A stretch of 64,000 bases of DNA from Monocercomonoides exilis PA203 (Eukaryota; Protista; Preaxostyla), in NCBI GenBank assembly GCA_001643675.2, contig LSRY02000051.1:62001-126000 (forward strand). The letters are read 5' to 3'. The translations under genes were made by a program, and so were the position numbers. The notes under the pieces were generated by a model. It ran no database searches. It saw nothing but the letters and a program-made list of their open reading frames with translations, and had not been told where the DNA came from. Shown piece after piece: positions 25,583-38,706 of this stretch. The first letter of the stretch is position 1. Each line of letters opens with the position of its first letter.

Positions 25583-26399
25583 TGTGAGTATCTTAATTCA
25601 ATTTTGATCACTCCCTTCATTTTGTCCTGAAACTGAAATGATCATCTCTATGTATAATTAGTATTAGATGAATTGTGAAATAAAAAAAAAATTCAAAATT
25701 ATTGGGTTATTTCAAAATAACTCAATTATTTTGAAATTGTCTATGGAAATTTTGAAATTTTTGGAAAATTTTGCAATAACTCAGGCGGACATAATTTTTC
25801 TGAGAAAATATATATTATGCATATGTATGAAGTTTTTCAAAACATTTGGGTGAAAATTTTTGAAAAATCACCACAGATCAAAAAATTCAATCCATTATTA
25901 TTTACGAAAAAAAATTTCTTTGCAAGTTCAGCCTTTAAAAGCAAATGTTCGCAGAATAAACTGGACATGAGAACATCAGAATCATATTTATCGATAATTT
26001 GAACAGCTCGTAATTTATTGTATTTTCTGATCAGAATAAATGCAATATTCATTGAAATTGACACATGCAGAAAGTGATAGATTTTCGTAGAAAAACTGTT
26101 CGTTATTCTTTTTTAAAACCAAACTCATATTTCGAAGCGTGGTAATTTAAGAATGTTTCAGTTAATTTTAATTTGAAACATTCGCATTTTGTTTATTTCA
26201 GATGGTTTGATTTTTTTATCGTTCAACATTTGTCTTCACTATTTATTTTAATTGCAGATAAACAGACTGAAATGATGGATTTCAAGAATTTTTCACCAAA
26301 AATCTGTATCCCAAACATGAAAATATGCAACAACAATTAACTGAAGAGTTTGAATTCATTATCTTCTTCTTCATCCTACTCATCCTCAATTTTTTTTAG

Positions 26400-26900
26400 A
26401 ATAAAATTTGTGAAGGTTATTTGAGCGGAAGCAGAATTTGGTTTAGGCTGTAAATAAATAATTTTGAGGAAGCAAAAAGGAAACGAAGACGAGACAGATG
26501 GGTTTTGTGAGCAAAACAAAGCAATAATTGGATAAGAAGAAGAAAATTTGAGAAGAACGATTATCATTAAAAGAATAGGTTTGCTTATTATGATAATTTT
26601 TTATTTCATAATTTGTTATAATTTTTGTTGAAACTGGAATATTTTTTCAGGTATATTTACTGCGAATATATGCCTAAAGAATATGGAAAGAGAGGATATA
26701 AAATGCATTAAAGAAGTCAGAAAATAAAAATTGAAGGGTGTATGGCAGAATGAGAAGGAACAAAAATTTAAGCGAATAGAGGAGGAGGTCTTTGATGGTT
26801 TTGGAAGGCGTATCTGGTGAATCAAGTTAAAAGCAAAAAGAGAGTGCAGAAAAATTGATGAAATGACAAAAGAAGAGATTTGACAAAAAACTTGGAAGAA
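26400..26900 (+). repeat. Dispersed direct repeat, copy 1 (copy 2 at ~32725-33260)
   Basis: Shared blocks include ataggtttgcttattatgat and tactgcgaatat.tgccta.agaatatggaaagagaggat.taaaatgcattaaagaag. Confidence 0.85.
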
Positions 26901-27099
26901 AAAGAAGATATTTATAAGAAATTAGACTGAAAAAGATGATTTGAATGAAAAGAAAGAAAACATGAAAAATGAAAATAGAAATTTGAGGAATTTTTGAAGA
27001 TGAGCCAAGAGAAATGGTAAAAAGAAAGAAAAGGAATTAGTAGAAGAAGAAGAAGTATAAGGGAAAAAAGGATATTGTGATGGACATAACAACTTTGAT

Positions 27100-29560
27100 G
27101 AAAATGAAGGAGGAGAAATGGAAGGATCGATCATGCCCGTTGCACACCCAAAGGACAGCCACATGTTGTTGATTGCCAATTCTTTGCAATTCAGAAGATG
27201 TTTGTGCTGTGCCGAAGAAGCAGATACTGCTGATGCATGACAACACATTGACTCCTTTCCCCCTCCCTCGCTCTGCCTTGCCATCGGCTTGTGGAACTGC
27301 TCCACACGCTGCACGTTCCCCAGTAGCACCCCCAAAGCAGATTGGCCGTCCCACCTCGTTTGCTCTGCGGCTGCCGCCCCACGAGCTGCAATAGCATCAA
27401 CACTTCGATTCAGCCCTGCCCCCGCTGACACCACCGAAAGCACCTGCACCTGATCATCCAGCACAGGCTAACTGTCTTCGCAACTGAGCTGTTCTGTGAC
27501 AGGAAAAGAGGAGATCTGCAGTTGGAAGCATCGCACACATCTGGATGTATCAGATACAGTGTGAAAAAATCGTTGCTCTAGAACACCTCCAGCACAGACG
27601 CAAACAATGGCAGTAAGCACCTCAACAGATGGGATGCATCTCAGAAGAATTGTTGCCACAGCGCCTGCGGCGTCTGTGGATAGTACACACATACAGAAAG
27701 AGAAGAGATTCCAGCTCTGAATTTGTTATGCACCTGATATCGTAGACGAAGATGAAGACGAAGAAATTGATGCATTTTCTTAACATTTGGAGTCATATAG
27801 AACCTTTCCTCCTCTTTCCGCATCGCTGTTTCCACCAGATCGAAGTTCGGCAAGACCACTAGAAACACAGATAACTCTTCCTCACCTTTTTCCGACTGCA
27901 GCTTTCTAAACAACATCGAATAGATGTTCTAGAAGAACGGCAGCGCGTTTACCGTGAACTCCTCCTGCATAGACTTCCCTAACAGGCACACTCCACAAAG
28001 TCCTTCCAGAACAGCTCCACCCCGAAGACAATCGTCCACCGCTCCACCTCGCTCTTCTTCTGCGCTGCGTACTTCTTCTCCATGCACATGCACACAAAGT
28101 TCTCAAACTCCTGACTTAGAATCGCAACTCTTGCAAAGGTCAGCTGCGATCTTGTCTCCGCATATTCTTCACGATCGTTGACAGCGTCTGCGTTAGCGAA
28201 GGTTGTTGCTCCTTCTTATGTGGAGTCAGCAGCCGCTGCAATGGAACTTCTAACAATGCATTCATTTTCTTTTGCTCCTGCTTCTTTTAAATACAAGTGC
28301 CATCTGCTGTTTCACAATAATCTTCTTGAACAGAGCCTTCTGTACGCATATCGTCTGCTCCTGCGTCATTACAGCGAAGTCAGCATCTTCGTTTCCTTCT
28401 TCATTTTGCTAATCTTCTACCGTTCAGTCGCATCTGCTCTTCCACCACCGCAAACACTCTTTCCCTTTCCGATGTTTGCCCCTCCCACAACATTCTCATT
28501 GTTCCCAACTATCACAACAACCTCATTCCAACTGATGTTTTACCCAAGCTAAAAAACACTGCCATCCCCGATGTTCGCTGTTAACTTCTCCTAGCACTTT
28601 TCACACAGACCTTACAGCAGAATAAAAGAAACATAATATAGAACCTCCCCGCGACAACAAAAGCCAGTAAAGATGGCATGGAAAGCGGAAACCACAAGTT
28701 CGCCAGCTCTATCTCGCTTTCACCACTCACCTGCGCTCCCAGCTGTATTCAGCGCTTATTCACCATCTCGGTCCCTGCATCCATTTGTTCCGCCTTCTTC
28801 TTCATCGTTGAAAGCTTCTCATACAGCTCTTTCACCACTGCGTTGCTTTACTCCAAAATCTTCATCTTCCTTATCCGGACTATTTTATCCTACTCATACA
28901 GCTGCTCGACCAACCCGCTCATCTGCTTCGATATCCTCTAGTTGCCTCGGATCTTTTGCCGCAGCATGAAAATTTCCGAATAACTTTTCTCCTTCCTCTG
29001 GCGCTGCAAGTGCAATTATTGCAAACTTCAAAACTTCACCACACATTCTCAGTCCCGCTACCTCCAGCGTCTTCACCTCCTCCTCTTCTCCACTTCATTC
29101 ACTGCAACCCTTTGCACTATCACTTCATCATCCAGCTTCGCATCTGCAAGCCTTTGCTGCAGTGGTTGTGACATCAGCCGCCCCTTCACATATAGCATCA
29201 GCGATGAAGAAAACTGACCATAAATTAAAGAATGATCATTATCATTCACCCCGCAAATATCCGCTTGCTCCATGACTTCGTGCCTGCCGTCACTGCAAGC
29301 GATAGAAGCAGAGTAACTGGCGTAACAAAAAGCATTGCAGAAAGCGCTCAATATAACCCCTCTGCGTCTGCAGCACTCTCAGAAACAGCTTCTTGTGTTT
29401 GCATCCACTTCAGCTGCATCAGGCACCACAATCTGTAGCTGTCTCTCGATGCGGTTGATCGCTGCTTCCGATGTGAATGACACAAATATCACCTTGGCAT
29501 TCAAAGGGTCATAAGCAAGAACAGATGATTATCCTAATAAATGCACAGACACATCAAGAA
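27100..29560 (-). pseudogene. Highly decayed non-LTR retrotransposon ORF (CRE/RLE-type reverse transcriptase)
   Basis: Minus-strand fragments occur in the expected order: QLQIVVPDAAE (cf. QLGVGVPGGAE), AFCNAF (cf. DFxNAF), LIYGQFSS, AKLDD (cf. AYLDD), AGLRM, SVFLVVLP..FLRLHLRLRY, and CC..HLLNCK (zinc knuckle). There are many stops. Confidence 0.5.
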
Positions 29561-29997
29561 CCTTGATCTCTCCGCTTTTTCGTTTTTATGAAGACAAAGT
29601 TGTTCTATGAGCTGTACGTATTGAAGAAGATGAGAAAAGTTAAAAAAGAACGAAGAAGTCAACTGCTATATGAATGATAAGAGATGAAAAAACAAATGAT
29701 TCTAACCCACTTCCTTTTCCGTATTTATCTCTAAGATAAATAATAATTTTTGTGTCATTTATTAATTCTTTTTTGTTTTTGCTTAAATGAACAACAATCT
29801 TCTAATGCTTTTCAATAAATATGTAAATGAGTTCTTTCCAAATAATTATTGTGTATTTTAGGATTCATTGAAAGTGAAAAAGTCGAAAAATTGTTAAATC
29901 AAACTTTTTAAAATCTCCGGATATAAAGCAAATATAAAATTAATTCATTCACAAATAAGATTTTATTAATAATGATTGTTATAAATCAAACATAATA

Positions 29998-30446
29998 CAG
30001 TCAAAACCGGATATAATCACATTGGTTTTTGCACAACTTTTTGTGATTATATCTGATTGTGATTATACACGATGATGCTTTTCACAGAAAAAAATAAAAA
30101 TTAATTCATCGTTCAAAAAAATTTGGGTCGATTTTTTTATTTTTGGAAATTCTTCACAAATACACTTTTTTCACTTGCGTAATTAATTTTTGAACATAAA
30201 CATATATTATTTAGACTTATTTAAGCACATTTTTGAAAATCAAAAATTGAGATTTCTGGTCAAAAAGATGATTTTTCAATGAAAAAAGCACCCATTATGA
30301 TCAAAAATGTGATTATATATTTTCATCCTTGTGATTAAATGCGATTGAAAATGAATGAAAAACAAGCAAAAAATGTCGGTGCATCGAAAAATGTGACAAT
30401 ATACGAATGTGATTATATTCGACGTGAATATATCCGGTTTATACTG
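29998..30446. mobile_element. Tc1/pogo-type MITE (449 bp)
   Basis: The ends read TA|cagtcaaaaccggatataatcac and gtgaatatatccggtttatactg|TA, and a GTGATTATA motif is repeated internally. Confidence 0.85.
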
Positions 30447-32724
30447 TATAAGTGAAACTCGTTTCATTGAAAAAGTTACAAAGGAAAATTTAAGTTGAAT
30501 ACGTTGTAGGTGAATAACATAAAAAAATACAAATGAACTTAAGTTTTTGTATTCATCAGTTAGTGTTAACAAAGAATTTTGCGATTAATAAAATGTTAAA
30601 CTCTTCCAAAGAGTAAAAAAGAATGCATAAATTATTTCTGAATAAATTACGGTTAACAAAAATAAAGTTCTGATTTTTTGTGGGATAGATCAGGCTAAAA
30701 AAAAGTGATTTTTCAAAAATTTTCACCCATTTTATCAAAAAATACGCTGCAGTTTTTTTAATTAAAATAAATTGAAAAGACTTATGAAAAATATTTTTAA
30801 GTGATTAATTAAGATTATTCAAATAAAACCTTTTAACACTGCTGATTTTTGATAAATTATTGGGAAAAAATCACAATAAACGATATTCATTTCAATTTCA
30901 AAGATTTTTTTTGCAGGATTTCTTCCAAAAAAGAAATTTGAAAATGAAATATCTAAAAAAAAAGATCACATTGATGTATTTCAACAGCACGGCATCTTTT
31001 CTTCAATTCTTCAAGTTCTTGTTTCAACAAAAGTGCGGTTTCATTTTAGCTTGTGATCAAACTTCCTGTTTAGCCATTTTTCCTCGTTTTTCTTCATTTT
31101 TTTCTCTCATCATTTATTTCTTCCAAAATATCAATTTCAAATTTTTCTTCGGACAGAGTTTTTCATCATCATCGTAAGTTAAAATAAAAGCTCTTATGTC
31201 CACAAGTTTTCCACATCCAGAAGCTCTTCGTTCTCGCAAAATTCTTTTTCATCATATTTCTATCCATTGCGCATGTTTAGTCCAAAATAAGTATATAAAT
31301 ATTTGTAACAAAATATGTTCAAGCTCTAATATATTTGTTTGAAAACATTTGGCTTGCTTCCTCACTGTTCTCGTCTGTAAAGAATAAATCGTCCATTTTA
31401 AATAATTTTCCTGAATCACGACTTTGGGGAGGATACGGATGGGAACATCATAACAATCAATTGAATAATAAAAAAATACGAACGTCATAAATTTCATATT
31501 CTCATAGAAAATATAGTTGCTCCGCAGCATTCCACAAATCAAAATGAACAACTTTTATTTTCTTCAAATAAATATCGCCTTTGCAGTGTCATCCTTCTTA
31601 GCGGCAATATTTCATTTAGTCAACCTGTCCTTGTTTATACCTCGGAATCTCATTCCGTTGATAGTTTCTGAGCATTTGACATTGATTGATCATTCCCATC
31701 ACATATTTTCTGCAAAAATAGAAAAGAAGGCTCAGCTCTGTATTGTGACTGAATGGGCATATGAAGACAATGTGATAATAAAAGAATGGATTTGTGGTAT
31801 GGGATGAAGGATTTGTTCAATTGAGGATAAACATGGTTTTGGAGGGAGAAATAAACGATAAAAGGAAGATTATTTTTTGAAGGAAAGAGAAAGAGGTGTT
31901 TTAATGAGATTTAAGAAGCAAAATGGATATGCGGGAGACGGATTGTGATGGGGTTTTGAGGGGTTGTTGTTGAGATTTTTGTGAGTTGGAAGGTGTGGGA
32001 ATTGCGTTTATTATTTGAGAAAAGGAATTTGTTGTTGAGGAGGTGGGATAAGAGGTGAAAGCAAGAAGGACGGAAGATGGGTGGAGTGAATGGAATATAT
32101 TTACTGGAGGAGAGGATTAGAGATGGAAAGGAAATGGAGAGATATGGAAAAGGGATGTATTTTTTTCCAAATGCAGGGAGAGAGAGGGGGGAGGCATATG
32201 AGGTGGAACAAGAGGGAGAGTGTTTGTGGATGTATGTTTGATAAGAAAGAGAAGTGGGGTTGAAGAAAAAAAAGTAAGAGATAATTTTTTAATCTTTTTT
32301 ATTTTTTATTGAAAGGACAGTTTGGACGCGCCTCTCATTTTCGGGGCAAGGGATGGAGGCCGAGGTGGAGGAAGACGGGAAGAAGGAACGTCAGGCGCAA
32401 CACTTTGCATTGGGGGTGTGGAGACAGAGGTGCGACAAAGATGGTGCGAGGTGAGGGGCTGACCACGAAAGGGTGTTTTGCACCAAAGAGAGGTATTAAT
32501 ATTGGAGGCATTTAACTTTGATTAGAAGAAAGGTGCTAAGAGAAGAAGTAACAGGGAATGAAGGAGAAAGGAATTTTGCCATCGTTTGTGGAGGAGATGA
32601 AGGATGTGTGGAGGAGGGGCGTTGATGTTGTTTTGTGGGAAATGTGGAGAAGAAGAAGGTGATGCAGAAGAAAGGGATAGGAAGGGGCTCTTCTGATGAA
32701 ATCTTCTTCATTGCTAGTTTTTTT

Positions 32725-33260
32725 ATTGAATGGACTTTATGGAGATTATTTGAGTGGAAGCAGTACCGAGGATTGGAAATGAACGATTTTTGGGACCAGA
32801 AGGGAAGCAAAGATGAGGCAGATGGGTTTTGTTGATAGAAAGGAACGATTTTTGGAGGAGGAGAAGAAAGTTTGAGAAGAATGATCATCATAAAAGATAT
32901 AGGTTTGCTTATTATGATTATTTTTAATTTCATCGTTTGTTATTATTTTTTGATGAAACTAGGAATTTTTTATGAATAATTACTGCGAATATGTGCCTAT
33001 AGAATATGGAAAGAGAGGATGTAAAATGCATTAAAGAAGGCAGAAAACAACAATTGAAGGGGCGCATATGAAAATGAGCAGGTGCAAAATATAAATGAAA
33101 GGAAGGGAAATGAAGATAATTATTTTGAAGGTTTTGGAAGGCATCTACGGTGAATCTTGTTAAAAGCCGAAAATGTGATCAAGGAATTGATGACGCAGCA
33201 GAAAAAGAAATTTGGCAAATGATTGAGAAGTGGAAATGAAATTTTTGACGGCTTGAAAGA
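32725..33260 (+). repeat. Dispersed direct repeat, copy 2
   Basis: Collinear similarity to 26400-26900. Confidence 0.85.
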
Positions 33261-34276
33261 AGAGAGAAAAGAGGAACTGGTGTGTGGTGACTTCTTCTCT
33301 TGATGCAGAGTTGACATAAGTTGAACTGACAACTGCCTCATTAAAAAGATACTAAGAAAATTTTGTTATCAAGCTAATGTTCTTCTAATTTTCTCATCAT
33401 TGAAAAAACGCCTATGTCTATGCAAATGCTGTTTCTGGGAATGTTTGAGCGGATGAGAGAAGAGGAATGTGCTGAAGAAGAAGAAGAAGAAGAAGAGAAA
33501 GAGGAAGAGAGAGAAGCAACGAGATTTGCATAAATTTTTGGATGGTTTTGTCAATCCAATCACAAAACATAATGCTGATTTATTATCAAAATGAAATTTT
33601 ATTTTTTCTTCACTTTTTTAACATGTTTTCTTCCAGGTGTCATTTTTTTTTCTCCATGAAATATTCATTATTGCGCAAAACATCAATATTTGAAATGTTT
33701 TTGAATATTAAAAGCTCTCTTCTTTCATATTTGACGTATTCTGTAGATTTTTGCAAATCAGTAATTTTAAACCATTTTATTGAAATGTTGAAATGTTTTA
33801 AATAATGGCAATCATTTATTGTTCATGGAAACATTTCAATAAACGTATAAAACGTAAAATAATATATTTTATTTCTTTTCGATTGTCACAAAAATATGAA
33901 AAATGATATATTTCGCATTATTTGTTGTTAAACGTTCTGAAATTTGTGCAAAACATATTTAATAATATTTGTGATAAATATACTACAATTTGAGAATGCC
34001 AAAATTTTTTTGGGAAAATTGAAGATCTTCCCACAATTTTTATTAAATTTGAAATTTGTTGGCGAAACTAAAAATAACTGCCTTATTTTCGAATTTTTTG
34101 AAAAATTTCAAAATTACTTGATTATTTTAAAATAACATATGCAAATTTCAAAATTATTCAATAATTTCAAAATAACACAAAAATTGTGCAATTCATCTAT
34201 TGAAAAAGCATTCGAGAGTCGTTGTGTGAGATTTTCGAAAAACATTTATTATAACTGTTTGAAAAAAGGAGCATAG

Positions 34277-34768
34277 GGTTAGAGGGTACATAGCGACCGG
34301 TACAAAAATAGTCTTTAAGAAGAATATTTGACCTTAAAAAACTCACTTTCACGAACGTAAAAATTCTCAAAAAGAGAAATATTCGATAAAAAACTGAAAT
34401 TTTTTTGTATTAAAAAGGCAGTAGTTATTTAAAGCTAATGATCATACCCCTAAGATAAAAAAGAGAGAATATTTCTTTTTGGTTTTCATTTAGTAAAAGA
34501 TGGTTTATCCCTTGTCAAAGTGCTTATTAGGGTTATGATAAACGAAAACTTTTTGTTTATTCAACTGATTAAAGTTTTTTATTTAAAGTGAGGAAGATTT
34601 CTAAATAAAAATTAATATTGGATTATAAAGACAGGTTTTCTCAGTTAAAAATCACTGTTATACTAAAGTCACTTTCGAAATATCATAATTGCGTTTTTTC
34701 ATAATTGTATAAATAAATATAAACAAGTTGATCGAATTTTTTTTCCGGTCGTTATCTGCCCACTTACC
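34277..34768. mobile_element. Merlin-like MITE (492 bp)
   Basis: The 24-bp imperfect TIR ggttagagggtacatagcgaccgg / ccggtcgttatctgcccacttacc matches at 19/24. An exact 8-bp TSD GAGCATAG lies at 34269-34276 and 34769-34776. Confidence 0.88.
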
Positions 34769-35564
34769 GAGCATAGCGAACCGTTCATTTATTAACTTTT
34801 ATCCAAACTTTGAATTGAATAAAAATCTTCTTCACAGGGTTTGAAAAAATGAACATGCTTGATATTTTCTGCCAAAATATTAATTTTTCAAAACGAAAAA
34901 ATGCTTTATTTCAAAGATGTCTTATCATTTCATAATAAAAATAATATTTTTCCGTATTCAAAAAAACTTCATAAAGCAATCATAATTCAAACTTTGTTTC
35001 CAAGTGATTATGTTTTATTTTCTGGACAAAATATCCAAAAAAAAAAAAAGAAAAAAAAAAAGAAAAACAAAAAAATAAAACATAAAATAACATAAAATAA
35101 AATAAATAAAAATAAAATAAAATGGGAAAAAAATATTGAATACAAGGAAATGGAATATAAAAGGATTTGAATTTCATTTTGTAACTGAGATTCTTTTTGA
35201 TTTTGTTTTTTTTGAAAACAACAGAAAAACCCTCTGCTTTTTAAGCTGCTCATATTTCAGCTCTAACGATTTTTTCCCCCTGTAAAATACGTATTCAAAA
35301 TTTCAAAAAATAATGAAATAATTAGCAATCAATGATATTATTTAATTTCATTAAAATAATTTATGTATTTTTCCTTAAAAGAGATGAAAGTAAAAATGTC
35401 TGAATTTCGTGAAACAAATAAATCCTATTATGACAAAGTTTTTTTCATTCAAACTGAATGACATATTATATCTTTGTGTCAATTACTTTTGCACATAAAC
35501 AAATTAGAAGTACCCTTTACAAAAATTAAATACAACATTATTGGCAATTACGCAGGTAGCTGCA

Positions 35565-38500
35565 ATGCTTGATTCTTCAAGAACAGTTACCGCGACGACA
35601 AATGAATCTTGCACACTCCGAAATGCTGCGAAAGAAGTGCCAATTTTTACTCCGTTTTACGAACGAAATGAGGAGGAGAATGAATGCCCATCTTGTGGTT
35701 TAGCATTTATGTCAAAGAATTCTATGCGAAGTTGTGGAATTTGCTGTCGACAAATTTGTGAAAAGTTTAAGAATAACTTTTTTCGTTTCATTTTTTCAAA
35801 TTAATTTTTTTTTGAACATATAAATAATTTTCAAAGATGCCTTAATGAAAGCGCTGTTGTTCAGTTAAAAACAACAAAGCATGCTTGCCCTACTTGCTAC
35901 ATTACATATGCTTGCCGTATGCTTTATTATTTTAGATATTATTGTTATATGTTATCGTTAAAACTTATTTTTTTTTTCGAAAAGTTCCTTATACAGAGGT
36001 AAAACCTTCAACAAGGTTGACTCACATCATTCAACTTGGATTGAAGTGTCAAAGTCGCGAGACTATTTCAAATTCAATAAGAGCAATTCACTATTTTATT
36101 CGATGCTCTCGTTTAGCATCTGATTTTCAATCTTCGCATGATCAATCTGGCCTTTCTGTTTCAGAACTTGAACTTCTTTCCGAAAACCAAATGAAAATAT
36201 CCCATCTTTTGTGCTCATTTTCAACCGGAACAACTTCACATTATGCAAAGTCATTAACTGGAAACAACTCTCAAAGAAATAGTCAGAAATTAGAAAATCG
36301 AAAAGATGAAAATAACTTCAATGCACCGACAAAATGCGATTACGACTTCATTTTCAAAACTCCTGTTCGAATAAATTCCGCTTTATCTCAATTTGCAGAA
36401 GGATTTTGTCTTGGCAAAGAGCTTGGACAGACCAAAGAAGAAAGAGACAGAACGTCCGAAACAAGAGAGGATGACGCTGAAGCAGCAGAAAACGGAGTGA
36501 AAAAGAGTGCAACCGATGAAAAAGAAATTGGCAGAAACGAGAAAATTTTATCAGGCGATTCAGAATGGGAAGCGTTTCTTGCCTCGCTCACAAGCGATTC
36601 GTCTTCTCCACTTCCGACGGATGTGTCTTCCTCTCTCAACGTGCTCCGACTGATTTTGATGAATGGCACGCCATCTGCTTTTCCTGCCTATGAAGTGTTG
36701 TCTTCTGGCGGAGCTCCACTCAACACACCACCTCCCCACCCTCTCATATTCCCCAACAGAGCAGCTCATCTCCATTCAATGCAGGCACTTTCCTCATCTG
36801 AGCTTTCGTCTCTTCTTCATCAGTCTCTTTTGCAGCAGGTTCCGCTCGCAAATCCGTCTTCATCGCCTTCGGCATCGCCTGCTCCCTCTCCTCTTCATTC
36901 TCCTTCTTCGTCTGCACCACCACACACACCACAAGCCACAACACTTTCAACCACATCATTCACTTCATCTTCTGCTTCACCCTCTTCTTCCTCTTCCTCT
37001 TCCTCTTCCTCATCTTCTTCTTCCTTAGCTGCTTCTTCATCGCAGAAGTCTCTTTCATTCCCTCTTTCAAATGCCCCTCCCCTCCACTCACTCATTAGCC
37101 TCTGCTCTTCTGCTCTTCTGCTCAACATCGATCCGTTGGTTGCTCTTCTCCTGCTTTCTTTCTCTCTCTCTGCCGCCGACGACACCTCTCTCAAACTGGC
37201 TCTGCTTTATGAACGTGAAGAGTATTCAGCTGACTCTGCTGATTCTGCCTTCGATGCGATGAGGAGACAGGCACAATCTGCTCCTCTTTTGATTTCTTTT
37301 GTGCAGACAATGATCAAACAGAAGGGCGCATTTGCTGTTCTGCTGCCCTGGCTCTTCAAAATGGCTGTGCAGCCTCAACTGCCTCCTTCTTTTTCTTATT
37401 CTGTTTCTTCTTCTTCCTCCTCCTCTTCCTCCTCCTCTTTCTCCTCCTCTTCCTCTCCTCCTCCTCCTCCTCCTCTTTTTGCCTCACCGCGTGTTGTATC
37501 CTTCCTCTGCTCTGTTGCTGTCCATTCTCTTTTGAAGCGCATCAACACCACAGCTGTTCTGTCTGCCTCTTCTCAGCTCTTCTCATCGATGTCCCTTTCT
37601 CCCTCTCTCCCTTCTCTTCTGCACCCGTTCTTCTTCATCCACTCCCCTTCCCTCATCAAACTCACCACACTCTGTTTATTCCGCGCCTCTTCCTTCCTCA
37701 TTCCTCCATCTTCCTTCTGCCTCCCTTCTTCTTCTTCTTCTTCGCAGGCGCCGCCTTCCCTTTCTGCCATCCTCCGCTCGTCTTCTGCCTCACTTGCCTC
37801 GATCTATCCGTATTTGATACAGAACACTCTTTCACTGCTGATGTCCTCTTCGTCTGCTGCTGTCTCTTTCACTGCCATTCCTCCACTGCCAATCCCACAG
37901 CCTCTGCAATCAACTGCATCATCATCATCTTCTTCTCCTTCTTCTTCATCTCCTCCTTCTTCTCCTTCTCCCTCTTCTTTTTCTTCTTCCTCTTCCTTCT
38001 CTTCTACTCCTTCTCGCCCATTCCTCAAGCCCCCTCTGTTTATTGCTCCTTCATCGCCTCCTTCTTTTGCTGAGTGTTTTGCTCCACTTGTATCACTTGT
38101 ATGTGAGGCCATCATAAAAGGCAGAGGTTGCGTCGCATTAAGCAAAACTCAACATTCTCAGATCTCTTATGAACTCACTCAGAATTCATCTTTTTCATCA
38201 TCATCTTCTTCTTCCTCCTCCTCTTTTTTCATTTCGAATGCTGCTCCTTCGTTTCCCTCTTCCAACTTAGTGTTCACTGAAGCTGACCACAACACGCTGT
38301 GTGTCAGTCTCCTCTCTCTCATCGCACTCATTCGGCGCTTCTCCTTCCCTCTCACTGCCCCTGCTGTACCCATCCAGCACACACACACCCTCTCCTCCCT
38401 CTTCCCCCTCAGCCCTTCTTCTTCTTCTTCTTCTTCTTCTATTGCTAATGATGATCGCAACAAGCCCAATGAAAGATGCCCATTCACAATTGCAGACTTC

Positions 38501-38674
38501 CTCCTTCTGCTTGTGCAGCTCAACAGATTCCACCATTTTGTGCGTCTGCAGCTGAAGATGCACAGAAAGAGAGAGCAAAGAAACAACAGAGAGAAACAAA
38601 CTGCTTCTTCTTCTTCCTCTTCTTCTGCTTCTGCTCAGAAAGACACAAACACAAGCACAAATACAAACAGAGAA

Positions 38675-38706
<32 letters not shown>

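Larger units (their letters stand above)
25848..30728. mobile_element. GGGTGA-TIR element (4.9 kb) enclosing decayed cargo
   Basis: A perfect 24-bp TIR gggtgaaaatttttgaaaaatcac lies at 25848-25871 with its inverse at 30705-30728. The right flank is AT and the left flank is TT. Confidence 0.75.

Noticed and set aside
30860-31810. Coding-like decayed sequence on the minus strand
   Set aside because: No motif could be assigned with confidence.
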